A stretch of 32,000 nt of DNA from Candidatus Saganbacteria bacterium (GTDB taxonomy: Bacteria > Margulisbacteria > WOR-1 > JAKLHX01), in NCBI GenBank assembly GCA_026387835.1, contig JAPLKZ010000013.1, positions 133,874 to 165,873 of the forward strand, read 5' to 3'. Below are positions 16,738-26,183 of this stretch, piece by piece. The notes under the pieces were generated by a model, which was not told the origin of the DNA, searched no databases, and was given only the letters and a program-made list of their open reading frames with translations. The first letter of the stretch is position 1. Every line of letters starts with the position of its first letter. Made by a program: the position numbers and the translations under genes.

Positions 16738-17807
16738 AAATCGTCGACCGTTATTTGATAAGCGAGCTTGGGATCCCGTTCCTTATCGGGATAATAGGTT
16801 TTGTCCTGATAATGACCACAGACCTTCTGTTCACGTTCGTCGACATGATAATAAACAAGGGGGTCCCAGCGTGGGCGATCATCCGGCTGATCCTGTATAA
16901 ACTTCCGTCCATAATGGTCCTGACTTTTCCCGTCTCCTTCCTTTTTGCCGCAGCGATCGTCCTCGGCCGCATGGCAAGAGAGAGCGAGCTCGCCGCGATG
17001 AGGACATCCGGCGTGAGTTTTTTCAGGATCGCAGCTCCGATACTCGCGGTATCGCTCGCGGTGAGCGCCGCGGCTTTCGTGACGAACGAGGCGGTAGTCC
17101 CGGTCGCGAACCGCATTTCAGACCGCATAATAAGGGAGATAGTATACAAACAGCCTCCGGCTGACGTTAAGGAGCAGGTATTCTTCAGGGATAACTTCAA
17201 CAGGTTCATTTATGTCAGGAGATTTTATCCCAGGACGTCTACCATGGATGACGTGATGATATATGACATGTCGGGCGGAAAATTTCCGAAAGTCATCACG
17301 GCGAAGACCGGATCGATAACTCCTGACAGGTGGTTCTTGAAGGACGGCGCGATCCACAGCTATGATGACACGGGTAAAATAAATTACGCGGCCGGGTTTT
17401 CAGATATGGACATCACGGTAAAGGATGACTTCATGAATTTTTCGGACCAGAAGACCTCGGACGAGATGAGCAGCGGGGAGCTGTTCGGCACGATAAAGAC
17501 CCTGAAGCAGGCGGGAGTGAACACCACGATGCTTGCGACGGATTTCCAGATGAAGTTTTCCATCCCGATGACGACACTAGTATTCGCGATGCTTTCTATC
17601 CCGCTCAGCATTCCCGCCCAGAGAGCAGGTAAGTCCTGGGGTTTTGCGCTCTCGATAATAGTCATTTTCACTTTTTACGTTTTCGCTTCGGTTTTCAGGT
17701 CTATGGGCAGGGGAGGCATGGTGTCCCCTATGATAGCTGCATGGCTTCCTCCTGTTTTAGTGTCTTTGATAGGCGGATCGCTTATTTTACGGGAAGGATC
17801 GAAATGA
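16734..17807 (+). CDS. LptF/LptG-family (YjgP/YjgQ) LPS export permease
   Basis: The N-terminus is MKIVDRYLISELGIPFLIGIIGFVLIM. There are three N-terminal TM helices, a periplasmic beta-jellyroll region and three C-terminal TM helices. Length is 357 aa, and an ATGA overlap joins it to the rpsU stop. Confidence 0.85.
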   Translation: MKIVDRYLISELGIPFLIGIIGFVLIMTTDLLFTFVDMIINKGVPAWAIIRLILYKLPSIMVLTFPVSFLFAAAIVLGRMARESELAAMRTSGVSFFRIAAPILAVSLAVSAAAFVTNEAVVPVANRISDRIIREIVYKQPPADVKEQVFFRDNFNRFIYVRRFYPRTSTMDDVMIYDMSGGKFPKVITAKTGSITPDRWFLKDGAIHSYDDTGKINYAAGFSDMDITVKDDFMNFSDQKTSDEMSSGELFGTIKTLKQAGVNTTMLATDFQMKFSIPMTTLVFAMLSIPLSIPAQRAGKSWGFALSIIVIFTFYVFASVFRSMGRGGMVSPMIAAWLPPVLVSLIGGSLILREGSK

Positions 17808-20197
17808 CAAAAGATGCCGGTACGGACGAACTTAAAAAACGGCTCAGGAAAAATCCCAGGAACGTTCAGACAAACCTGTTGATAGGCAACAGTTATCTTA
17901 AAGCGGGTAATTTTAAAGAAGCCGTAAAACATTACAGGATCTCCTCGATGTTCGATCCGAGGTCATTTTCAAGGGTGATGATCGATTATGAAGAAGCCCT
18001 TCAGGATGATATCGGCAATGTGCAGGCAAGACTGAGCCTTGTCGACTTTCTCCTGTCGCAGGGCAGCCTTGACGCGGCGATAGTGGAACTCGAAGAGCTT
18101 GTCGAGATCGCGCCGGAGACGGCACAGATCTACAACCTGCTCGGGAGGATATACCTCAAGCTGGGCAGGCTTGACGGGGCTATCTCGCTCCTTGAAAAAG
18201 CGAAAGAATCCGGCAAAGTCGATGTCTCGCTGCTTGAAGCCCTGGCAAATGCCTATATTGAAAAAGAGAGATACAGCGACGCGGTCATGATCTATGAGGA
18301 ACTTTTACGTTCTGACCCGTCGAGCAAGATAATACTGCGGACGCTGCGAGAGCTCTACAGCAAGCTCTCAAACTACGACAGCGCCGCGCAAAAATGCTCC
18401 CAGATGCTCAGCGATGATCCCGAAGTCCTTGCAGAGACGACGCTTAAGATGGAAGAACTGTCAAGGCTTTCGCCCAACAGCCCGTTCATCCTCGAGCAGC
18501 TGGCAAATGTATACATGCGTTCGCTAAAGCCGGCTCCGGCCGTGCTCCAGCTTCAAAGGATCATCGACCTTGACCCTGAAAAAACCGACACGGCGGTCTC
18601 GATGCTGAGAAAACTTTTGCAGACATATCCGGAAAACAGGGAATCCTTGTTCCTTCTGGCGGATTGCCTGGTGAAGAAGAACGTTTTTAGCGAGGCAGTC
18701 GAGATCTACGACAGATTGACCGGCAGCGATCCGGCCCTTATCGACAAGTGCATAGAAAAGCTGAAAAAGATAATCGTTCTTTATCCGGACCAGGCGCTTG
18801 CCCATAAAAGCCTGGCCGATGCCTATATATCCAAAGGGTCGTTTAAAGAAGCACTTATGGAGCTCAGGTGTTTGGTAAGGCTGAATCCCGCCGAGATAGA
18901 AAACATAGAAAGAAAATGCAAGGAGATCCTGAAAGCAAACCCGGAACTTTCTCAGGGCGCGCTTGTGCTTGCGGAATCGTTTTTGGCAAGCGGAGAAGCA
19001 AGGAAAGCGATAGCTATCGCCGAGGAGCTCGTCGAAAAAGACAAGAAGAACACGGAAGCATACGTAGTGCTCGGCGAGGCGTATCTTAAGATAGACGTCC
19101 TTAACAGGGCAAAAGAAGCTTTTATCAAAGCGATGCAGCTGTCCCCGCTCGACCCGGATATCCAGAAAAAATATCAGAATATCAGCGAAAAGGAACTTGA
19201 CAGGGAAGTGACCGCTGTAAAGGCTAAGATAGAACAGGACCCGTGGCGGGCAGGGCTCAATCTCGATCTTGCCAGGCTGTTATACAAAAAAGGAAGTCTT
19301 GAGCAGGCATTGAAAGCTCTCCAGTCGGCAGTAAAGGACGCCGCGAAGGCAGTCGCTTCTCATACTCTTATGGGGACCGTTTTCAAAGAGCAGGGAAGGT
19401 TCGATCTTGCAAAGATGCAGTTCGAGAAAGTCCTGGAATTTAAGAATTCCGATGATCCCGATGCGGAAAGGTCCGCAAGGGCGGGGATAGGCAGCTGTCT
19501 CGAAGCTTTCGGTTCGGTGAATGAAGCGCTCCAGTCATACGAGTCGGTGACTTCTTCCGATATATCATTTGAAGGCGTCAAAGAAAGGATCAGCCGGCTG
19601 AACCAGACAGACCCTTACTCTGCGCGCAACAAAGCTCTTGCCTTGGTATTTGAATCGCTTTCCTCAAAGAACTTGAGGGCCGTGTGGGGCGGCGACGCCA
19701 GGAAATCAAAAAGCCGTGAAGAAGACGATCTTGCTTCCATGTCGTTCGGCCAGGAGCAGAACAACATGGGATTTGAGCAGTTCATGAAGAGCAGGAGAAA
19801 AGCTTCAGAGGAAGATTTTGTCCTGGCTACCCAGCTGGACGCGCAGCTATATCCCGCGTCTAATAATCTTGCCGCGGCTAACATGGCCGGAGGGAACCTG
19901 GAGCAGGCCGGCACATCGCTTTCCTATATATTATCCGAAGACGCGGCAAACCCGATATTCAGAAATAATCTGGGAGTCTGTCATGTCTTTAAAGACGACA
20001 TGAAAAGCGCGGAGAAGGAGTTTAAGGCAAGCCTAAAGGCCGACAAGGACTTCAGCCCTGCGGCCCTCAACATGGGAGACATCGAGATGAAAAGAGGCAA
20101 TATCAAGGAAGCGGTCTCTTATTACAAAAAAATTGGCAGGAATGATCCTCTGTATGAACTTATGCAGAGAAGGATAGTATACTGGATTGTATCTTAG
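17804..20197 (+). CDS. Large TPR-repeat protein (797 aa), apparently cytoplasmic
   Basis: It contains many 34-aa repeats of the pattern LG..Y...G....A...Y..AL...P. Examples are LLIGNSYLKAGNFKEAVKHYRIS, NLLGRIYLKLGRLDGAISLLEKA and VVLGEAYLKIDVLNRAKEAFIKAMQLSP. No signal peptide or TM helix is present. The preferred start is ATG 17804, which overlaps the lpt stop as ATGA. The ORF-track start at 17741 lies inside the lpt gene. Confidence 0.8.
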   Translation: MTKDAGTDELKKRLRKNPRNVQTNLLIGNSYLKAGNFKEAVKHYRISSMFDPRSFSRVMIDYEEALQDDIGNVQARLSLVDFLLSQGSLDAAIVELEELVEIAPETAQIYNLLGRIYLKLGRLDGAISLLEKAKESGKVDVSLLEALANAYIEKERYSDAVMIYEELLRSDPSSKIILRTLRELYSKLSNYDSAAQKCSQMLSDDPEVLAETTLKMEELSRLSPNSPFILEQLANVYMRSLKPAPAVLQLQRIIDLDPEKTDTAVSMLRKLLQTYPENRESLFLLADCLVKKNVFSEAVEIYDRLTGSDPALIDKCIEKLKKIIVLYPDQALAHKSLADAYISKGSFKEALMELRCLVRLNPAEIENIERKCKEILKANPELSQGALVLAESFLASGEARKAIAIAEELVEKDKKNTEAYVVLGEAYLKIDVLNRAKEAFIKAMQLSPLDPDIQKKYQNISEKELDREVTAVKAKIEQDPWRAGLNLDLARLLYKKGSLEQALKALQSAVKDAAKAVASHTLMGTVFKEQGRFDLAKMQFEKVLEFKNSDDPDAERSARAGIGSCLEAFGSVNEALQSYESVTSSDISFEGVKERISRLNQTDPYSARNKALALVFESLSSKNLRAVWGGDARKSKSREEDDLASMSFGQEQNNMGFEQFMKSRRKASEEDFVLATQLDAQLYPASNNLAAANMAGGNLEQAGTSLSYILSEDAANPIFRNNLGVCHVFKDDMKSAEKEFKASLKADKDFSPAALNMGDIEMKRGNIKEAVSYYKKIGRNDPLYELMQRRIVYWIVS

Positions 20198-20218
20198 AAA
20201 AACAGAAAGGAGCCTGGT

Positions 20219-21376
20219 ATGAAAATCGCGATGCTGGTCCCGTATTTTTTTCCGCATTTCGGAGGGACTGAGAAATACGTGAAGGACCTTTCGGACGAGC
20301 TTGCGGACCGCGGCCATGACGTGACGATAATCTCGAACAACGTGCCGAAAGAAGCGGGAGCGCCAAAAGAAGAGATGATGGGTAAAGTGAAAGTGAAACG
20401 CCTTGACGCCAAGAATTACGTCTATCTTCCTGTCTCGTTCCAGTTCAACCTGAAGATGCTGAAAGGCTTTGACCTGGTCCACACGCACTGCCCGCCGTTC
20501 GGCTTCACAAGAGCGGTAAGAGGAAGACTGAAGATCCCTCATGTGGTCACTTATCACTGCGACACGACGATGTCCGAAAAATTTCTCGGGATAAAGATGC
20601 CTAAATGGGCGATAAAAAGTGTGGAGTGGATCACGAATGCTTACGCGAAAATGATACTCCCGAGCGCGGATGCCATAATATCGACTACCGAAAGCTACGC
20701 GTCCACTTCCCCCGTGATGAAAAACTTCGCGCATTTTGCCGTGCCCATCGGGATCCATTATGAGGTGTTCGATGAGTCAAGAAAAAAACAGGGCATCACC
20801 GAAGAAAAACGCGACAGGAAGAAAGTGCTTTTTCTCGGAAGGTTTGCCGCCAATAAAGGGATAGATTACCTTGTGAGGGCGATCCCTCTGGTCCTGAAGG
20901 AAGTCCCGGACGCGAAGTTCATACTTTGCGGAGAAGGCGAGGAAAAACCGCACATAGAAGATTTCATAGACAAAGTCGGTGTCAGGAACAGGATCGAGTT
21001 CCAGGGAAAAGTGAATCTCGACAAGATGGTGGAACTGTATTCGACATCAGCCATGTTCGTCTTCCCGTCGATAAACAGGCTCGAAGCGTTCGGCATAGTC
21101 CAGCTTGAATCGATGGCATGTTCGACGCCGGTAATAGCGTCCAATATCCCGGGCGTCAATAACGTCATGGATGTCGGCAGCAGCGGTCTTCTTGTGGAGC
21201 CGAGAGATATCGAAGGCCTCGCAAAAGCGATCATAGAGATACTGAAAGATCCTGAAAAGGCGAAAAAGATGGGCGAGCGGGGAAGGCAGCTTGTCGAGAC
21301 CAAGTACAACTGGAAGACTATCGGTAACCAGATAGAGGACATCTACAGAATGGTCATCGAAAGGAAAAAAGCGTGA
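20219..21376 (+). CDS. GT4-family (GT-B) glycosyltransferase
   Basis: The N-terminus is MKIAMLVPYFFPHFGGTEKYV. The C-terminal EX7E region is PS..EAFGIVQLESMACSTPVIASNIPG. A GAAAGGAG SD precedes the gene. Confidence 0.85.
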   Translation: MKIAMLVPYFFPHFGGTEKYVKDLSDELADRGHDVTIISNNVPKEAGAPKEEMMGKVKVKRLDAKNYVYLPVSFQFNLKMLKGFDLVHTHCPPFGFTRAVRGRLKIPHVVTYHCDTTMSEKFLGIKMPKWAIKSVEWITNAYAKMILPSADAIISTTESYASTSPVMKNFAHFAVPIGIHYEVFDESRKKQGITEEKRDRKKVLFLGRFAANKGIDYLVRAIPLVLKEVPDAKFILCGEGEEKPHIEDFIDKVGVRNRIEFQGKVNLDKMVELYSTSAMFVFPSINRLEAFGIVQLESMACSTPVIASNIPGVNNVMDVGSSGLLVEPRDIEGLAKAIIEILKDPEKAKKMGERGRQLVETKYNWKTIGNQIEDIYRMVIERKKA

Positions 21377-22356
21377 AGGTACTTGTCACCGGAGGAGCGG
21401 GATTCATCGGAGGCGTGACGGTAAGGGACCTTCTTGATGCCGGTTTTGACATAGATGTCTTAGACAACCTTGAATGCGGCCATAAATCTACCATTCCCGA
21501 CAAGTGCAGGCTGATAAAGGCAGATCTCCGTTCATACCCAGATATTTTTGACGCGCTTTCAGCCTCAAAATACGACGCGGTGCTTCATTTCGCTGCTTAC
21601 ACCATAGTGCCGGAGTCCGTCGAGAACCCCGAGAAATATTTCAGGAACAATGTCGAAGCGAGCATCAATCTCCTGAACGCGATGAAAAATACAGGCGTTA
21701 AGAACATCATCTTTTCCTCTTCGGCCGCGGTATATGGCGAGCCTAAAGATATCCCGATCAAAGAAGACGCGCCGACGGCGCCGGCTAACACTTACGGCCA
21801 GACAAAACTGACAGTCGAGGAATATTTAAGATGGTATGACCTGGCTTACGGCATAAAGTCGGTCAGCCTTAGGTATTTCAACGCCGCGGGTGCGGACCTG
21901 GTCAACGATCTCGGTGAAGACAGGGAGACCGAGACACACCTGATACCGCTGGTGCTTCATTCGGCTTCGGGCAGGAACAAAGACGTAAAGATATTCGGCA
22001 CGGATTATCCGACAAAGGACGGCACCTGTGTGAGGGATTACATACATGTCAAAGATCTCTCCTGCGCCCATGTGCTCGCGCTTAAAAAACTGCTTGAAAC
22101 AGGGAAAACCTCGGTCTATAATCTCGGGAGCGAGAACGGGTTCACGGTAAAGGAGATCGTAAAGGCCGCGGAGAAAATTTGCGGCAAAAAGATCAGCGTC
22201 ATCGAGACCGGCAGGAGAGCGGGAGACCCGCCGGCTCTTATCGCAAGTTCCAAAAAGATCAGGTCCGAACTCGGCTGGCAGCAAAAGCACTCAGATGTTG
22301 AGAAGATCATCTCCGATACCTGGAAATGGATGGAAAGACATCCCCACGGATACTGA
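21373..22356 (+). CDS. galE: UDP-glucose 4-epimerase
   Basis: The Rossmann motif is VLVTGGAGFIGG. The active site has SSSAAVYG and YGQTKL (YxxxK), followed by RYFNAAGA, VRDYIHV.DL and GDP. The GTG start overlaps the upstream stop as GTGA. Confidence 0.92.
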   Translation: MKVLVTGGAGFIGGVTVRDLLDAGFDIDVLDNLECGHKSTIPDKCRLIKADLRSYPDIFDALSASKYDAVLHFAAYTIVPESVENPEKYFRNNVEASINLLNAMKNTGVKNIIFSSSAAVYGEPKDIPIKEDAPTAPANTYGQTKLTVEEYLRWYDLAYGIKSVSLRYFNAAGADLVNDLGEDRETETHLIPLVLHSASGRNKDVKIFGTDYPTKDGTCVRDYIHVKDLSCAHVLALKKLLETGKTSVYNLGSENGFTVKEIVKAAEKICGKKISVIETGRRAGDPPALIASSKKIRSELGWQQKHSDVEKIISDTWKWMERHPHGY

Positions 22357-22358
22357 AA

Positions 22359-23492
22359 ATGCAAAAAAAGAAGATATTATACCTGTTTTCCGATACCGGC
22401 GGCGGTCACAGGAGCTCGGCTTCGGCTATTATGAAGGCCGTAGAGGAGCTCAAGAAGAAAGACGCTCCGCTGCAGGAGATGGTGGATGTGTTCACGGAAT
22501 GCAGCGCGTTCCTCGGCATGCTCGCGAAATTATACGGCCCGGTCATAAAATATTCGCCAAAGATGTGGGGAGTGCTGTATCACTGGCTGAACGACATGAA
22601 AAAGATGCAGCAGATGGAAAAACTGGCAAGGCCGTTCATACAAAAAGAACTAGGGCGCCTCATTCTCGACAGGAAACCTGACATCATCGTATCTGTGCAT
22701 CCCCTGTTGAACCACCTGACGGTAGCGGCCATGGAAGATGTTAAGTACATTGTTCCGTTGATAACGGTAGTTACCGATCCCGTGAGCCTTCACAGGGCCT
22801 GGGTCTGCCCGGATGCCGACATGATCATAGTGGCGACGCAAGACGCAAAAAGACATGCGCTGGAATACGGCGGCGACAAGAATAAGATCAGGGTCATAGG
22901 CCTTCCCATTGACCCTAGGTTCGCAAAACCGGCGGCTTCAAAAGCTATGAAAAAGCGCGAGCTCGGGCTTGACCCCGGCAGATTCACGGTGCTTCTGATG
23001 GGCGGCGGGGAGGGCGGCGGAAACATGCTTAAGATAGTGCGGTCTATAGACAAGGCGGGGCTGAATATTCAGCTGATAGTGATAGCCGGCAGGAACGAGA
23101 AACTGAAAAAACAACTTGAGATTATGTCGGAAAGACTTTCATACAGGATGAAGGTCTACGGATTCACGAACGAAGTGCCTGAGATAATGAGCGCTTCCGA
23201 CCTCATAATAACTAAAGCAGGTCCGGGGTCGATCGCGGAAGCCCTGGCAAAGGAACTTCCGATAGTGATCACGAGCTGGCTTCCCGGCCAGGAAGAAGGC
23301 AATGTCAATTACGTCCTTGATAAACGTCTCGGGGTGATATGCCGGGACTTCAGGCAGATCGCAAAAACGATAAAAGAAATGCAGGCGCCTAAAAACCTCA
23401 ACAGGATCAGGGCGAACATCAAAAAAGTAAATAATCCCCGCGCGGTGTTCGAGATAGCGCATATCATACTTGAGAAAATCCCGCTCAGATGA
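22359..23492 (+). CDS. GT28 diacylglycerol glycosyltransferase (MGDG synthase / UgtP-like)
   Basis: The N-terminus KILYLFSDTGGGHRSSA.AI is the MGDG_synth-domain signature. The C-terminal GT28 region reads SDLIITKAGPGSIAEALAKELPIVI....PGQEEGN. The preferred start is ATG 22359, 2 nt after the galE stop. Confidence 0.85.
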   Translation: MQKKKILYLFSDTGGGHRSSASAIMKAVEELKKKDAPLQEMVDVFTECSAFLGMLAKLYGPVIKYSPKMWGVLYHWLNDMKKMQQMEKLARPFIQKELGRLILDRKPDIIVSVHPLLNHLTVAAMEDVKYIVPLITVVTDPVSLHRAWVCPDADMIIVATQDAKRHALEYGGDKNKIRVIGLPIDPRFAKPAASKAMKKRELGLDPGRFTVLLMGGGEGGGNMLKIVRSIDKAGLNIQLIVIAGRNEKLKKQLEIMSERLSYRMKVYGFTNEVPEIMSASDLIITKAGPGSIAEALAKELPIVITSWLPGQEEGNVNYVLDKRLGVICRDFRQIAKTIKEMQAPKNLNRIRANIKKVNNPRAVFEIAHIILEKIPLR

Positions 23493-23531
23493 TATTCTGA
23501 ATTAAGCAGATAATATTTTGGGAGGAAAAAA

Positions 23532-25004
23532 GTGAAAAAACTATTTTTGGTCATTTTACTGGTCTGTTTCGTGGTATCACCCGTCCATGCCGCCAAGAAA
23601 AAAACACCTAAGGGATTGCTTTCAAGTACCAAGGAGATAAAGTTCAGGGACGTTCCGGATTCGCACTGGGCGGCAAAATCGGTCTACAAGCTTGTAAAGC
23701 TCGGGGTGACCCAGGGTTATCCGGACGGAACTTTCCGCGGAACAAAGACGATAACGAGGTTCGAGACCGCCGTTTTCCTCTCAAAACTGGCCGACAGCGT
23801 GGGGTCAGCAGGGATGGAGAAACTTACCGAAGAGCTGAAATCCGAACTGAAAGCGATGAAGGATGAAATGGCGGAAAAAGGCTTCATGAGTTCAAAGGGA
23901 AGCTTCGAGCTGGATTATTATCTGGGCAACATTTTTTACAACACGGCTGACTACTCGGGACAGAGAGCGCCGCAGGGCCCTGTCATGGATTACCGCCTGA
24001 TTGCGGATTTTTCTTCAAATCTAGGGCAGAACCAGTCCGTAAAAGCGACTTTGGACACAATGGACGGCGGTTTTTACGGGGGAGGACAGGACCTTCTGAC
24101 AAGATTGATCGATATCCAGGGCACGATCAAGACAAAGCTCTGGTCTCCCGCGACCATAACCGTAAGCGCTGGACCGGGACCCCAGAGGCATCTTTTCGGC
24201 GGCAATATCATGCCGTCGGAGTACGGCAGGACTTATGTCAGGCCATACACCGGCGTCAGTCTTTCTACGGCACTTTACGGCGCGGGATTTAACGCTTCAT
24301 ATTACGCGCACAACATAAAAGCGACCGACCCGTCCACCCCGGGCGAGGTTGGAGTGAACCAGATAAGCGGCAGTCTTTCATGGGCATACAGTAAATGGTC
24401 ATTGCTGAACAGCGGCACCGTGACTTTGAGCGCCGATTATTTTTCCAGGAACACAGGGACAGGTTCAAGCGCGCTCACAAATTTCAGGCCGTCGATAAGC
24501 ATCTCCGCTAATCCGAAAAAAAATCTTCTTGTTTCCGGACAGATAAAAGCAGGCTCTTCAAAAGATATCGGGACTCACAGGCTTGCATTGATCGGAGAAT
24601 TGGCCGCGACCGAACTTCTGGCAGGCAGGACGGACCTGGACGTAAAGGTAGTTCTTGCAGGCGGCGATTATATAGTTGAACCGGATAATCTTGACGAATG
24701 GACGCTGCTCGGGTATGACCCTTTTGACAGGCCTCTCGTGAATGGCGTCAAATCGATCCAGGCACAGCTGAAGCATTCTTTCACTGACAGCATCACCCTT
24801 GTCGGCAAGGGGATGTACAATATGTCGTCGGGATTTATGTTCGGCACCGGACATTCAGGTTCAAGGGCCACTGTCGAGGGAGGTCTGAACTTCACCCTTT
24901 CAGATACCGGATCGTTTTATGCGGGTTACAGGATAGATAAAGATCCCAACGCGTCGATCCAAACGACCGACCTGTTCATAATGAAGCTTATCTGCGCTTT
25001 CTGA
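23532..25004 (+). CDS. SLH-domain outer-membrane beta-barrel protein (OmpM/Slp-type porin-anchor)
   Basis: The Sec signal peptide is MKKLFLVILLVCFVVSPVHA/AKK. The SLH domain is FRDVPDSHWAAKSVYKLVKLGVTQGYPDGTFRGTKTITRFETAVFLSKL, followed by a short coiled coil (EELKSELKAMKDEMAEK). About 370 aa of alternating G/S/T/Y-rich beta-strand sequence then ends in ...LICAF, with a terminal aromatic residue. The start is GTG with a GGGAGG SD. Confidence 0.85.
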   Translation: MKKLFLVILLVCFVVSPVHAAKKKTPKGLLSSTKEIKFRDVPDSHWAAKSVYKLVKLGVTQGYPDGTFRGTKTITRFETAVFLSKLADSVGSAGMEKLTEELKSELKAMKDEMAEKGFMSSKGSFELDYYLGNIFYNTADYSGQRAPQGPVMDYRLIADFSSNLGQNQSVKATLDTMDGGFYGGGQDLLTRLIDIQGTIKTKLWSPATITVSAGPGPQRHLFGGNIMPSEYGRTYVRPYTGVSLSTALYGAGFNASYYAHNIKATDPSTPGEVGVNQISGSLSWAYSKWSLLNSGTVTLSADYFSRNTGTGSSALTNFRPSISISANPKKNLLVSGQIKAGSSKDIGTHRLALIGELAATELLAGRTDLDVKVVLAGGDYIVEPDNLDEWTLLGYDPFDRPLVNGVKSIQAQLKHSFTDSITLVGKGMYNMSSGFMFGTGHSGSRATVEGGLNFTLSDTGSFYAGYRIDKDPNASIQTTDLFIMKLICAF

Positions 25005-25014
25005 TAAGGTCCTT

Positions 25015-25800
25015 ATGGAAACGGACAAAAACCGGGCAGACAAAGAACATCTTGCCGGAACAAGACTTATAGGCCGAAATATTTACAGATATGACCGCGT
25101 ATCCTCCACCAATGATGTCTGCCGCATGCTTGGGGAAAAGTCTGACACAGAAGGCCTTGTCATAATAGCGGATGTACAGGATAAAGGCCGCGGAAGATTC
25201 GACAGAAAATGGTATTCCCGCGACCCAGGCGGCCTCTATTTCTCCATATTATTAAGGCCCTCTTTTGATCAAAAGTATTTCCCGCTGATCGGCCTTTCCG
25301 CTGCTTCCTGCATTGCAAGAGCGATATTTTCCCTGGCGCGGGTCAAAGCGTCGGTAAAATGGCCGAATGATGTTCTTATCAACGGCAAGAAAGCTGCCGG
25401 TATACTTATCGAACAAAAGAACACCGATGTAATAGCCGGCATCGGAATAAATCTAAGTAATGAAACAGGCTCATTCCCGCCGGAGATAAGAGACATTGCG
25501 ACCTCGGTGCTCATAGAGTCCGGTATCGGGATCGAAAAAGAGCTTTTCTTCTGCGGCCTTTTGCGGGATATTGATGACGATTATTTTTTGCTCTCTCAGA
25601 AAAAGTTCGGGCGGATAATAGAAGGTGCAAAAAAGCATTCCTGCCTGCTTGGCAGAGAAGTCCTGATAGAGAAGGACGGGCAAAACATCAGCGGTATCGC
25701 AGCCGATATCGACGGGACCGGCGCATTGATAATAGAGTCTCAAAATGATAAAATCAAGATAACTTCGGGAGAAATAATCAAATGGCGACAAGAGGCATAA
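25015..25800 (+). CDS. birA: Biotin--[acetyl-CoA-carboxylase] ligase, class I (no HTH domain)
   Basis: Motifs are SSTND, the GRGRFDRKW biotin-binding loop, LYFSILLRP and VKWPNDVLINGKK.AGIL.E. Length is 261 aa. Confidence 0.9.
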   Translation: METDKNRADKEHLAGTRLIGRNIYRYDRVSSTNDVCRMLGEKSDTEGLVIIADVQDKGRGRFDRKWYSRDPGGLYFSILLRPSFDQKYFPLIGLSAASCIARAIFSLARVKASVKWPNDVLINGKKAAGILIEQKNTDVIAGIGINLSNETGSFPPEIRDIATSVLIESGIGIEKELFFCGLLRDIDDDYFLLSQKKFGRIIEGAKKHSCLLGREVLIEKDGQNISGIAADIDGTGALIIESQNDKIKITSGEIIKWRQEA

Positions 25801-26171
25801 GAGGAGCGATAACGGTAGCCAAGAACGAAAAGGATGCCATCGTGGTGGCGACTGAGATGCTGCTTGAAAAGATGGTCTCGGTGAACAAGTTAAAAGTGGA
25901 CGATATCGCTTCCGTTTTATTTTCGGTCACGCACGACCTGACAAAAGAATTTCCCGCGATAGCCGCGAGAGAAATGGGCTGGCTTTACACGCCCCTGATG
26001 TGCACGAATGAGATCGCCATTGAAGGGAGCCTGAAAAAGTGCATAAGGGTGCTGATGACGGTTAATTCAGAAAAAAAACAGAGCGAGATAAAACATGTCT
26101 ATCTTAACGAAGCGCAGAAACTCCGGCCGGACCTTTCAAGTGAAAAGATCGACGAATACTACGTCAGTTAA
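25782..26171 (+). CDS. aroH: Chorismate mutase, AroH class
   Basis: The sequence RGIRGAITV...........LLEKM...N.....DI.SVLFSVT.DL...FPA.AARE..W.Y.PLMC..E....GSLKKCIRVLMTVN closely parallels B. subtilis AroH. The gene overlaps the birA end by 19 nt. Confidence 0.9.
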   Translation: MATRGIRGAITVAKNEKDAIVVATEMLLEKMVSVNKLKVDDIASVLFSVTHDLTKEFPAIAAREMGWLYTPLMCTNEIAIEGSLKKCIRVLMTVNSEKKQSEIKHVYLNEAQKLRPDLSSEKIDEYYVS

Positions 26172-26183
26172 AGGGAAACGATC

